Shown: positions 13,240-25,929 of the stretch, one piece after another | Numbering within the stretch: the stretch's first letter is position 1 | Layout: each line of letters opens with the position of its first letter | Source: Hydrolagus affinis | Lineage: Eukaryota | Length of the DNA: 64,000 bases | Direction: 5' to 3' | Assembly (NCBI GenBank): GCA_012026655.1 | Contig: JAAILG010000636.1 | Span: 1 to 64,000 of the forward strand | Translations under genes and position numbers: made by a program | The notes under the pieces: model-generated | Databases searched by the model: none | What the model was told of the DNA's origin: nothing | What the model saw: the letters and a program-made list of their open reading frames with translations, nothing else

Positions 13240-14210
13240 ATTCACCTTTCATGCACTGGACAGTCATGCATTTTGACCCAAGCAGTGGGATTGGGATCAG
13301 GGAGGGTAGGATGGTGGCCAAAGGCGTGGTCAAACAGGAGGGTATTGAGATGGGGGGCCACTCGATAGTCCGAAGGTTCGATAGTCCGATGGTTCATTTG
13401 TCCGAAGGTTCGATAGTCCGAACACACAAATTTCCTACACCCGGGGCGGTTACCGTGGTTACCGCTCGATCGTCCGAATCAACAATGAAATAAGGTTTAT
13501 TAATCCGAACATTTGGTGCGATAGTCCGAAGGTTCATTAGTCCAAAGGTTAGGGTTAGGGTTAGGGTTAAGGTTACGGTTAGGGTTAGGGGAAGCTTCGG
13601 ACAAATGAACCTTCAGACTAATGAACCTTCGGACTAACGAACCTTTGGACTATCGAGCGGTAACTCTTGGGATGTGCAGGCAAGGGAGGGAGCAAGACAA
13701 AGAGAATGTGGAATGGTAGGGGCAGAGAGGCTGAATGCCCAACTGCAGCCTGCTGAGTAGAGGGAGTGGACAGATTGATATGGGGTTAGCAGGTCACAGA
13801 GTAAGGAAGGAGCAAGGCCACAGAGGGCTATGAAGGCAGGAACGAGGATTTTGAACTCTATCCTTTGAGGGATGCAAAGTCAGTAGAACCACGTGGGAGT
13901 AGGGGTGATAGAGTCATGCAGCCATGAATTCTGCATGATCTGCAGCTTGTGGAAGTAAGAGTTGGGTAGGCCAACAAGCAGCAAGTGGGCATAGTCGAGC
14001 CTTAATGTGATGAATGCGTTAATGAGGGTTTTGGAGGTCTGAGGGGTGAGTGAGTGAGTGAGTGAGTGACAGAACTGCGTGATATTCTGAGGGTGGGGGA
14101 AGGCAGAGCAGGTCATGACATGGATGTGGGTTAGAAAGGTACAGTTAAAGGTCAAACAAAATGTCAAAGTTCTAGACTGGCTTAGTGAGGTGAAGTCATC
14201 AAGGTCCTCT
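13240..14210 (-). mobile_element. L2 LINE 3' fragment, interrupted by a foldback element
   Basis: Minus translation TLINAFITLRLDYAHLLLVGLPNSYFHKLQIMQNS resembles the L2 ORF2 C-terminus; DNA similar to the L2 copy at 48860-49390. Confidence 0.85.
13355..13664. mobile_element. Non-autonomous foldback/MITE-like element with 15-bp subrepeats and internal (TTAGGG)n
   Basis: Left: tandem (tagtccgaaggttcg/a) units. Right: inverted (gaaccttcggacta) units ending ctatcgagcggtaac. Tract ggttagggttagggttagggttaaggttacggttagggttaggg at ~13547-13590. Confidence 0.85.
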
Positions 14211-14227
14211 TTATTCACTTTTTAGGT

Positions 14228-14655
14228 ATCAGCCTGGTTCAGTTGGTAACACTCTTGTCTCCGAGTTGGAAAACTGTCGATGCAAATCCATCATAGGCAT
14301 TTTGTACTTGCAGTCCAAACTGATACTCTAATCTTGGTGGTGAGCTGCATTTTTGGATGTGCATTCCTTCAGATGAGACGTTTAACCACATTCACATCTT
14401 TCTGCTCAGGTTAATGTTAAAAAATCTGTGGCACAGTTTCAAAAATGATTGACAGTCCAACTTCCAGTGTCCTGGCCAACAATACCCCAACATAAAATTG
14501 GTTGTTCATTTCATGACTGGTTGTAGGACATTATTGTGCACCAAATAGTTACCATCTGACCCAACAAAATACACCATTTCACAGTAAATCTTGTGAAGTG
14601 CTTTGACATGCTCCTGATGTGAAACATGTTATATCAAATGCAAGGATTATTAATG
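14228..14655 (+). mobile_element. DeuSINE, second family (SacSINE1/AmnSINE1-like layout)
   Basis: Head tcagcctggttcagttggtaacactcttgtctccgagt; Deu-like cttcagatgagacgtttaacc...gtcctggccaaca; tail gtgaagtgctttgac...atatcaaatgcaagg. Confidence 0.8.
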
Positions 14656-15990
14656 CATAAAAGTGATCAACAAAAAAGTGTAATACTGTATTGCCCTTTC
14701 CTGCCATCTTTTTGGTATCAATGTCATTTTTTGACAAGAAAATTGATGCAACCATCCTGCTACTTTATCAAATTATATCTTTGAAAATGATGCCATTTAA
14801 ATCTGCATTTAAGTGCATCAGAACATGTAGACCGTTTTTAAAAACAATGAATCCCTGAAAATGAAAACGTGACATATCAGTATCATAGAAAACTTACTTC
14901 AAATCATTTAACAGTGGCCATGACCTCAAACACCAATGTGATATCAGCAGTCTGAGACCACACATCCATGAAATGTACAGAACATCACCTGATTTGGGAT
15001 TACAACCTGGAAATTTCTGGTCTAGATGTTGAATGCTGGATTGGATAGTGGCTTTGTCCAATAGATTATCTAGGGGAACCTGGTGTCAATCAAACAATTA
15101 CACCCAATTTACAGATCCCACAATCCTATGTGCACCTGGCCAAGTATACTAAAATCCACAGCAGGGAGGATTCAATTCTCTCTTCAAACATGAAGGAGCT
15201 TTCACAGCACCAGTATTATTTCCGTTCCTTGTTCCCATTATGAAACCTTCTTGTGATCATTTCTCTTTTAAGAGAAGTCCGTCCCCCCCCCACAATCATA
15301 CATGGTTTTTTCCTGAGTAGTTACTGGAATGGTTTGGCCCACAAATATATTAATTTTACAAAATATTCTGTGAAGCGCGTCTAGAAGACGTGAAAAGTGC
15401 TATATCAAAAGCAAGTATTGCTGTGATGGTACCGACTCTGACCACGCTCACAGTTTTATCAATGGCTGCATGGTTTTCTCCCATCCTGAGATCACTTTGG
15501 CACAGACCACTCGTCAACCTTTCACAAGCGTTCTGTGTTGTATGAAGTTCCAAAAGCCTTTCTTTTCTTTGATACTATCTTTCTCTGACTCCCTTAAAAG
15601 GACTTAAATTCGCCAGCTATCGAGTTCAGTTCTGCTATTGTTAACCTGTCCTCTTTCACATGCTGAATGATATACTGCAATTTCTGCAATTATATTTATT
15701 GCACTGCAAGTATGTGTTGGTACAAAATACTGTTGGTGAATTTAACACACAATTTCTCTTTACTATTTTTGGTGTTTTATCACATTAATCTTTATCTTTT
15801 GCCCTGCCCTGAATGACAAATGTGTCCTTTTGTATGTATTATTGTTATTGTGATGGCATGGAAATGGCTCTTTTTATCACTTCAACAAAATAGCAAGCCA
15901 TGATTTAAAGTATTTTAAACAAAGTTATGCAGTGAAAGAAAGAAGTCAAATGTTCACAAAATGTCAAAAGTGCCATTGTGTTTGGAATAT

Positions 15991-15996
15991 TTTATT
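15991..15996 (-). terminator. Probable polyadenylation signal of C1orf53
   Basis: AATAAA on the minus strand (tttatt on plus), ~200 nt downstream of the conserved stop. Confidence 0.5.
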
Positions 15997-16198
15997 TCAG
16001 AAACACATCTACCTTCATCAAAGATGCATCAATACTCAAATAGTTATCATTAACTAGATATAGGAAAATGACAGTTTGTTAAACACTGTTTCTTCTGCTT
16101 TGATATCCCCTCAACTGTTTTCCACCAACTTTCCACATCTTCATCTGGGAACAAACTTATTTTCACTGTTGGTTCTCTTGAAATTCTCTGAGCAAAGA

Positions 16199-16271
16199 TC
16201 AGACATAAAACATGGAATTGAACCACTTTCTTCTTGATGGATTCTTTCACATTGACTTGACCATAAGGACA
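16199..16271 (-). CDS. C1orf53: C1orf53 orthologue, last coding exon (apparent 1-nt insertion)
   Basis: Acceptor [21 protein letters not shown], then in the +1 frame WFNSMFYV-TGA, matching recalled human [23 protein letters not shown]. 73 nt instead of 72. As written, the frame reads on to a stop at 16050. Confidence 0.9.
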
Positions 16272-17070
16272 CTGCAAAGAGAATAAATAATCAAATGATT
16301 CCAAATCCTAAGTCCGCCGATGTTAAGAATCCCAAACAGCTTTGAAGATTCTTCACCCATAGGAATTAATGTTAGATAAAAGTTCCGTTTTGTTGGCGAG
16401 CTGCCTGCAGGCTTAAGAATGTAACCGAAAAACTACATTGAAACATGGCATTGATTACTGTTCAGGAAACCGCACTTCCTAAAAGTGTCTCCTCAAGTGC
16501 TGAGTTTGATTATGTCCAAAGTGATTGAGGCTATTAGTATAATTTACTGACTTATTTATGTCGGATTCTCTCGGTTTGAAAAATATCCCAATTTAATTTT
16601 CACTTGCTAATAAAGGAAAACCTATCCAATTTAGTGCTACCAGCTGGAAACGTGTACAGCAGGTTATGGAATTATACAGGGAAGCAAGCCCCCATCCCCC
16701 ATAAGCACTATTTGAACATTACGATTCTTACCAGACTTTAGTTATGACTCTCATATTTCAATTGTATCAACTGTCAAAATGCAAATGGACATGAATGAAA
16801 TGTTCTGCTTGCATGCAAAATAAATCAAGCTTAAAGAGAAGCATTCAATCTTTTCGACTGGCTCCCAAATTCACTTGAAACTCACAGTAACATTCATGTG
16901 TTTACTCACAATTGAGCTTTATGGAGTTTTCTAAGCAACTGCACAATATGTCTGCAGAGCATTTTAATATCTGTAACACAAAAATACAATAAAAAGCTGA
17001 TGTACACCCAAAGGAATAAACATCACACGTACAATTTATTTTGGAGTTTCAGTCTGGATTTACAAGATCA

Positions 17071-17391
<321 letters not shown>

Positions 17392-18419
17392 TTAATCCAG
17401 TTTATTATTATTATCATCCTCTTCCCGAAAGAAGATGATGATAATAATAAAAATAATTATAGTAGAAGATACATTTCTTTAGGTTTCAAAACATTTGGAA
17501 AAACTGCGTACACTTAACAAATGAAGGAGAGATTTGTTTGTGTTTTGCTATGTTGTGATTTCTGCAGGGCGTACTCATTTTCAGTGAAACATTGTCCCAA
17601 GGTAATGCTCAGATACAGCACTTTCAGGGTTGAAGACTGGGGAGTGTTGTGTGCAATGTTTGCAACAGACATCTTTGGCGGTGTGGGCAAATCAGTAGCT
17701 CTTTAATTAACGATGTGATGCAGTTGGTGTACATTGCATTGGTGTGGAAAACGTGGTATATTCACTGGATTCATTGTCAGACGGTTAGTTTGACGAGGTG
17801 CTGTGAACCATTCTTCATCTCTAGAGTGTTACAAAGATTATGTGGCTGGGTTTAGGTGTTACAGCCTGACATTGATTCTCACAAAATCAATGCCAAATGA
17901 TCCTGAATCATGTCAGATTTCGGCCTGCGTTGCAATCCCCTCAAGCAGCGGGTAATTATTCAAACCTTCAGGCCTTAAAGATAACAGTTAAAATTCAAAT
18001 AGCTCTAATACCCATCTATCCAAAGCATCACCCAGTTCACTCCGATATACATCAAAACACAAATGAGTTGAAAATAGCATCTATTTAAGTACTGTCACGT
18101 GATACTATATATTTATTCACTTTTTATTCAGGGAAACGGCCTATGTTGGATGGGCAATTACCTTAATCTTAAAGAAGTTACATTATTTCAGTGAGCAAAG
18201 CTAGACATTTGAGAGATGCTTCAGATCCAATCCAGGCTCCAGTAATTGGAGAAATGTGCAATGTTTGCCTACAAAAACACATAATCACTATACAGTGAAT
18301 CCTTCGAAGTTCTGTCTTGTTGACATGAGAGGTCCTGTGTCAAATGCAATAATAATTATTATAAAGTGTCATCAAGTTGGCCTCTCCTGCAACTCATAAT
18401 ACATGGTTTAAATTGCATT

Positions 18420-18905
18420 TGGGATGTGGAGGTATTAGCTGAGCATTGGATTTGATTCCAACAAAAAGCGCTTGCCAAGTCCAAGCCTACCAGGCCAAAC
18501 TTTACTCCCATATTAAACTAGCGTTACGCTGGGTTTTCACCATCCCCTCTGATCTTTCGCTTTCTGACCCTGAACTATTGGTCCTCAGCAGGGGTCTAAG
18601 CTTCACTGCCGTCACCTCAATTACTTCAATGCTCGACATAATGTTGAGGGTTTCTTCTTCTCCAATTTTTTTTTCTTCAGTCAGGATGTTCCCATGATGA
18701 TTCTGACTAGTTCTATGGTCATCAGATTTTCTATTCCCCATGAACTCTTTTCGCTATCCTTTTTTTAAAAAAGGTGAATTACCTTCAGATTCTGGGCTCA
18801 TTTATCCACTACTCGCAGCCCACTCTAATGTATCCTCTTCTGTATACCTATCCTTTAGTTTCCTTCATTCCAACTTCACCATTGGCATTAACCTGCTAGT
18901 AAGTA
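18420..18905 (+). mobile_element. Penelope-like element, degraded N-terminal ORF fragment
   Basis: VFTIPSDLSLSDPELLVLSRGLSF resembles the PLE motif LS..E..VLSKGL.F.P; downstream SN...HSNFTIGI/PASK resembles SNL...IKPADKG. Confidence 0.7.
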
Positions 18906-18929
18906 TTACAATAATAATAAATAATAATA

Positions 18930-19335
18930 ATATTTCTTGCATTGGATACAGGAGCTTATCACATCTCAAACAGTTTCACAGAATATGTTATAAAGTGGAT
19001 TGACTGTATTTTGTGGGCGAAATGCGGCAGGCAATTGCACACAGCAGTGCTCCACAAACAGTCATGGATTGAGTGACCAAATGTTGTTTTTGGAGGGATT
19101 ATTACTCCTGGAAAACATCCGCCAATTGACTAGTAGCCGGGTTGCTACTTATTTGCAATATCAAATGCAAGGATTACTATTATTATAATATTTACAAACA
19201 GAAGCATGTGGAGTAAGGAAGCGAGAGGACCGGGTGGTGTAAGGAAACTTGCCTAAGGTTTGGCACAGCATGGAAATCAAACCTGGGCCCTTTTGATTGT
19301 GAGGTAAGCATGCTAACCACTACCCTATAAGACAC
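18930..19335 (-). mobile_element. SINE copy with rearranged tail and head pieces
   Basis: Reverse-complement tail (cttgcattggatac...cacagaatatgttataaagtgg...cacaaacagtcatgg) and head (gtaaggaaacttgcctaaggtt...taaccact). Confidence 0.75.
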
Positions 19336-20084
19336 CATATATAAAACCAAACAAAATATATATATATATTATTAAAAGAAAGCAGCGTTCTAAACATAAG
19401 CAAGTGATTTTAAATGGTATTTTGACCTCCAAATTTAATTCAGACTAAAACAGTTAAAGGGTAATGGTGTATGATTAAAGACTTTCCTTAGGTTTGAAAC
19501 TTTTGGTTAGGTCAGTTGGATATTTTTTAAAAGGGACGTTGAATCTCATTTTAGGAAACACAACAATTAAAAAATAATAGTAATGTAAGAATAGTGCCCA
19601 AAATGGCAATTTCTCACAGGCTAAGCATTTTTGTCACAGAATTCGAAATTTTCCATGTTCCCTGGAGACCATTTTTCCGCTGTGATTTTCTTTCTTTGTT
19701 TGGTGCAGCTGAATTGGTTGATTTTTTATGGAACAGTCGCAATGGACTCACTGTGTCAATTGTAATTGCAATTAGTTTGATCAATTATTTTTGGGTTGTT
19801 CTTATAATGTGGCCTCTTAGGTTGAGAAGTTTCGAAGGTGACATAAAAATGGGTGTGCTATTGTTTGTGCTACATATATAACAGATCCCTTTGCAAGTAC
19901 CCGCATGTTATGCAGGTCCAACAGGCAGATTTTAGTTTTTTCTGTGTAAGCTTTGTTTAAGTGCAACATGGATTTAATTATGACAACTATTTAAAGATTA
20001 GTGAACACGTTTTTATAAAACGGAAATGTTATTATAAAAATATTTTCAATAAAATAAGTTTTGCTGGTATATTTGCAAACTTGG

Positions 20085-21335
20085 TATGGTAGGTCGGGTA
20101 GGAGACATGGAGCAGGTCGGAGCCTGCTGAACAGAGGGAGCAGACAGGTTGACAGGGGGTCAGCAGATCGGAGAGGTAGGAGGGGGAAAGGCCGTGGAGG
20201 GTCTTGAAAGTCAGGACAAGGATCTTGAATTCGATCGTCCGAGGAATGGGGAGCTAGTGGAGCCGGTGGGGGTGATGGGGTCGCAGAGACTGAGATGGGC
20301 AATGTTGCAGAGATGGTGGTAGGTGGTGCTGTCCAGCACCTCCTTCCACCACCTCTGCAACATTGGTCAAACAAGACATACTATAAAGTGTAGTGATTGT
20401 GTGTTTTGTGGACAAAATGCAGAAGCCAATTGCTCACAGCGACATCCCCACAAACAGTCCTGGATTGAGTGACCATATTATTATTATTATTATTATTATT
20501 TTGAAGGCAATCGAAAGCTATCCACCAATCGACCAACAATCGGATTCCTGCTAGATGAACAGAGTGTGGAGTAAGGAAACTTGCCTTAGGTTACTCCCTA
20601 CCTTGGAATCAAACTCAAGTCCTCTCGCTTGTGAGGCAAGTGATCTAACCACTAAAGCACAGAACTCCTCAGTATATTACAGTATATTCTGTGCTTTGTG
20701 ATGATTCAAAAACATGATAAGGTGCTATATCAAATGCAAGAATTATTATTATTTATTATAAACTACTTAAAATCCCCTAAAAAAGAGAAATCTCTTTGGG
20801 CATTTTGATCATACAAAAAAAGATCCTTGCATTTGATATAGTGTTTTTTTTCACATTTTCTAGACATCTCAAAGCACTTCACAGAATATACTGTAAAGTG
20901 AATTGACTGTATATTTGTGGGTAAACGTTGCAGCCAATTGTGCACAGAAGTGTCCCACAAACAATCATGGATTGAAGTGACCACTTTATTTTTTCTTGAG
21001 GGATGATTCAAGCGAATGAAGTAAGGAAGCTTGCCCAAGATTTTGCCCCGCCAGGATCAAACCCAGAACTGTCCTTTGCAGCTCTCTTGAGCACGTACCA
21101 AATTCTATAAACATATGATTTGACACACAACGCGGTGTTATACTTTCGGCTTTGATGTTTACTAGTTGAATAAATAAGTACAGTACTGTACAACAAAAAG
21201 TGAACTGATAACGTTTTGCCCTCAAAATATACAGTCCATTCACTTTACAGTGTCTGCTGCGAAGAGTTTCGAGACAGACATGTAGAAGACATGATAAGGC
21301 ATTGTATATCAAATGCAAGAATAATAAGAAGAATA
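20085..21335. mobile_element. Cluster of an L2 fragment (20085-20300, -) and several SINE copies in both orientations, in C1orf53 intron 1
   Basis: L2-type ggccgtggagggtcttgaaagtcaggacaaggatcttgaatt; SINEs at ~20380-20670(-), ~20820-21090(-), ~21225-21330(+). Confidence 0.8.
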
Positions 21336-21433
21336 ATATTCCTTGCATTTGATAATTAGGAAGGACTTTTCTTTCACAGGGAACGAGTCCCACACCGGCT
21401 TTAAAATACAGCTTGCTGCTGGCAGTGACTCAC

Positions 21434-21725
21434 CTCACAGGCCTGCGGGTGAAAGTGAACTGTGGCTTTGTCAGCCTGTGTTAACTCTGCAAACTCCCCA
21501 TCACCACCAGCTCCTGCAACATTGCGTGTTCACATGAGCATTGCCTCCTCCAGTGTCCTTCACACTCAGGCACTTGATGTACCTGCAGCAGACTGATAGG
21601 AGAGGCGAGCTGGATAGCCTTTTAATCGCACCCCATTCAAAGTTACCTGCCCACTTGCAGCTGTTTTGCCAAAAACAAAGTCTTGAGATGAGTGGAGTGA
21701 GCTGCACTGGCAATGACGGAGACAT
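21434..21725 (-). CDS. C1orf53: C1orf53 orthologue, first coding exon (start uncertain; apparent frameshift near 21504-21532)
   Basis: 3' end reads GDGEFAELTQADKATVHFHPQACE|GTGAGT (phase 0), comparable to human LTAAERQIAELHAAACA. Upstream MSPSLPVQLTPLISRLCFW...KRLSSSPLLSVCCRYIKCLS (ATG 21725; alternative ATG 21818) looks like a mitochondrial presequence but is in another frame. Confidence 0.75.
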
Positions 21726-22639
21726 AAAGGAGGAGGAGGAGGGTTCATTGCTGGAAAGACCAGACCGAAAGTTCACGTTGTTGCACCAATTGGCAAAGTC
21801 TGACTGTCGCTTTGTCATTGAGTCGGTCACTTGGCGTTTCAGATACTTGAACAGTGACACGTAAAAGTTCTGGTGGTATTAAGACTTTCTCTCTCTCTCA
21901 TACACACACACACGCACTTAAATCATATTTTGAAAAAAAAAGGAAATTGTTCACATTTGTAACCTATGTGGAGAAATTCAGATGGATTCTTTTTAAAAAA
22001 ACAGTAAAACTCACGCAAGTCTGATCTATATGATAATAATCATCCTTGCATTTGATATAGCGCTTTTCACATCTTATCAACATCTCAAAGCGCTTCACAG
22101 AATATACTGTAAAGTGAATTGACTGTATATTTGTGGGTGAAATGCAGATTTTTTAAAAATACAGTAAAACTCGCAGAAATCTGATCTATATAAATTGTAA
22201 CAATTGCTTAAGTCCCATTCAAGAATTTCTATTCTAAGCAATTTTCACATAACTCATACTTTGCATAAGTCATATTAAATATACGGTCCTAATTGATGCG
22301 ACTTATTTTTACTATGTTTGCTGTATGAGAGCGACTTAAAGAATTACTGATTTCCATGGGCATAAACGCTCAAAACAAAATCCTATGCCATTCACCATTC
22401 CCTCATCTGACCTGATCCAATGCCTTTTGTTAACAAACATCCAAGAAAATCTCACGTGAAACAAGAAAAGATTTTTATTTTGAACCCACTGCCAAAATGC
22501 TGGCCGTGATGTTAGGGGTCAAACCTGCACGGCTTTAATAGTTGTATCCGTGACTTCACCTCAATTTTTTTAACCGGAAGGTGAAGGTTGCAAAATTGAA
22601 CAACAATTTGCATAGTGGCTTTCATGAGGGCTAGTGTCC

Positions 22640-22850
22640 CCGAGTGTTTTGGAGTGGCGGAGCCTGACACTGAGCCGAGGAGCGGAGGAAGGTCTTCAGT
22701 CGTGGTTCAAAAGAAAACGGAGGGGGCAAGGCGAAAAGACTGGAGGAGAGTTCCAAAGTTTTGGAGCATAGTGACTGAAAACACGGCCTCCAATGGTGGT
22801 GCAGAGGGTAGAAGCAGGGACAAGCAGGAGGCCAGAGCCAACTGGACACA
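22640..22850 (-). mobile_element. L2 3' fragment
   Basis: Minus strand ccaccattggaggccgtgttttcagtcactatgctccaaaactttggaactctc, the TIG.RAFS..AP.LWNS region of L2. Confidence 0.75.
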
Positions 22851-24801
22851 ACTCAACACTACTGAGCACAAGAATTTATTGGGCAAATTCAGCAGTGTAC
22901 ATAAGGAATACTATTTCTTGCTATGATCTAGTCCCTAGAAAAGACATCCGAAAGACTCATTCATCACCTTGCTGACCACATGCATCATCATACAGCCCAC
23001 AGTTATCAACGTGGACTTATCAGCTAAACTCGTGCAACATTTTTTTGCAGTCTCTCTTAACAGACACATTTATATGTAATGAAAATAAGATTGATTTGTT
23101 GTGAACTACTTAAAGATTACAGTGGCTTCTCAATTTCTCTTAACCCTAACACTTTCAAGTTAGAAATAATTTAGAAGAAAATGGAAATCAAATTGCAATA
23201 TTGAATTAAAGTGTGCACAATTTTTTTTGTGGGTTATGATAACATCAACATCAGTTTTAGCATTCAGCGTCAGACCAGAAAAAGCATTTGTGTGTTAAAT
23301 CCTTTTTTCGTGCATTATTCTTCAATTGGTGTTGAGCTGAAAAAGCATGAAATTTACCTAAATCAGATGAAGTGAAAACGATAGTTCTGTAGTTGACAAC
23401 AAGACGAAAACAGCTCCTCAGGTATCGTTTGTGATGCATTCATTGCTCTATCCTGTGAGTACATCCAAGAATACATCTGAAAGTGTATCTCTTCATGTTT
23501 CCTCCGGTAACTCTAGATCCCTATCCAAGTTGTTGCAACTGAAGTGGAGGCGGGCGCGGGGGTGGTGGGAGGGGAGAATTCACTAGCTTGGCTGCAGTTC
23601 TGACGGAAACTCTTGAGAGATTATTTGTAAAATACAAATATGCCTATCAAGGAAAACCTAAGGAATGCATTGATCCAAGGACGTTTATGCAATTTGCTGC
23701 ACATAGGAAAATTGCTCGAAGTTGCTCCCTGTTATCATATCAGAAAATAAGTAGGGTTAAAGAAACAAAGCTAGAGTTGACTTTGACCCAAACCATCAAT
23801 TTAAAATATGTACTTTCCACTCAGAATAATCATAAAATGTATGTTTAAAGGCCTAAAAGAATTGTAAGACAGAACAATCAGCATTTGAAGTCACCATCAA
23901 TGTTAATACAGTATTGCGATATCAGCCATGAAAGCTGAAAATTGTGGCAAATTACAACATGGCCATTTGCAATCAAACACAACGAAAGGGCCCCAATATG
24001 ACATATTTTATTTAAGATACGTCCTCTCATTATCCTGACCAACAATTCCCCACATAAGATGATCATTCACTTAATGCCTGTTCGTGGGATATTGCTATGT
24101 ACAAATTTACCTATAAACACGCTCTGAGACACTAGTCTGGGTGAAGGTCACTATATAAATGCACAATCACTATTCTTCAGTGAATCTTGTGAAATGCTTG
24201 GGATATTTTGATGAGGATTATTATTATGCAGCATATGAAATTATGCTTACAAACGCAAACCAATTTAACTGGAAATTGGCTCTGCGATTATTGTTATTTG
24301 GAGAATAAAAGCAGATGAAGAAAACTGCTTAAATATGATACGATATAAACCAGTTATGGACTGAGGTTCTTTGGACTGATGAAGTTACTGCACTCTGATG
24401 ATGTGCAATTATAATGGGAAATCTTATTAACTGCATACATTGTCCAAGTGAGCTAAACATGGGCTGGATTGAGGCTATGCCTTCTACTACACAAAGCAAA
24501 ATATTGAAATGTAGATGCTAAAAGCTTGACTATTATTCTTTTATAGCCACCAATTCATTAAAAAAGAACAGATTATTTCCAGATTTAGTTCATTGCATTG
24601 GGTCATAAACAGGAAAATATGTCAAAAAGATCGAAGGCAAGATTGTTAGATTCTGGTGCAATAATTGGGTCTAAACTGTTTGCAGAAGGGTTGATAAAGG
24701 TTGAATCCTGTCAGCAACCAGATGTACATCAAACTGATGACCCTCATGACGTCCACTGCCACCCCATCTCCTTCCTTGTGCAATCGATGAAAGGTTCTAC
24801 A

Positions 24802-24861
24802 AGATATGATATGATATGGCATGATATGATATGATATGATATAATGAGATATGATATGATG
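24802..24861. repeat. (ATATG)n pentanucleotide microsatellite
   Basis: agatatgatatgatatggcatgatatgatatgatatgatataatgagatatgatatgat. Confidence 0.9.
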
Positions 24862-25929
24862 CACCTTCAGATCCAGACAGAATTTAAAATTTTCAAGTGC
24901 TGTTTTCCTTCAAGGCCTATTTCAAGACCTTTTTTCTTTGACGATGCCTTCGGTCACCCTCTCACTTCCACGCCTGTTGCTCTGCATCCCTGTTGATTCC
25001 AACCCCTGTCCTGGTGCTAATTCTTGACTGTCTACCGCCTTGGGACACTCTACTGATGTGAAAGGTGTTATATAAATGCAATTTGTTACTGTTCTTTGAA
25101 TTGTATTGCAAATGCTTCAATTTGACCTCATTGAAACAAACATGGTCTACTATATACACAGAATCATTGCTAAGATAATTGAGAATTGTTTTCTGTTCTC
25201 TGGACAACTTGGTGAGTACCCATGTTTCCACCAGTTAGCTGGAGGCATCACAAAGGAAAAAAGTTGAAACTTGAAAAAGAGAAAGTTGCAATTAGAAATG
25301 AGCAGATGGCTGTTACCTCATCCTTCTATTGCAGCCAAGGTATAAGAATAGATGTTCAGAGCCACAGTTAGACACACCATGGAGACACTTTTTGGTGATG
25401 CCATGTAACACACAACATGCAGTAACTTCTCAAAGACACCATCTGAGTTTGCGTCTGAAGTAATATTTTGGAGGCAGACCTGAAGTTACTGCTATTTCAT
25501 TGAAAACGAAAACTGAAAAAGTACTGTCCTCATGGCAAGGTTATTCAAAAGAGAAGAATAAAGATGAGTTGGTGTGCAAGTTCACCAGCTTCACGGATTG
25601 GCCTGCCAACATACACAGACCAAAATAATCAGTGTTGAACTGGAAGGCGGATTGACTCTCTTAATAAGGTGCAACGTATTCTATGTAATGTTTACATTAT
25701 TACCAGAGTGGCATATTATTTGCTGTGTTCATGTGCTACTTTGATTGTATAAGTTGAATGTACAAGAAGGGAGTTTTTTCTTCTGTGTCCTGACCATCAA
25801 TCCCAGAGAAAATTGGGCATTCATCTCATGCCTATTTATGGGACATTGCTATGTGCAAATTCACTACCGTGTACAATCATTATACTTCACAATAAAATCC
25901 TGACTGGAATTTGATTAATTAAGAAGCCA

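Noticed and set aside
13361-13660. Short tandem repeats that might suggest a CRISPR array or a true telomere
   Set aside because: Units abut with no unique spacers, the context is eukaryotic, and the TTAGGG tract is only ~45 bp and internal.
21541-21864. Plus-strand 107-aa ORF antisense to C1orf53 exon 1
   Set aside because: TTG start, no homology recognised; likely a shadow of the GC-richer exon.
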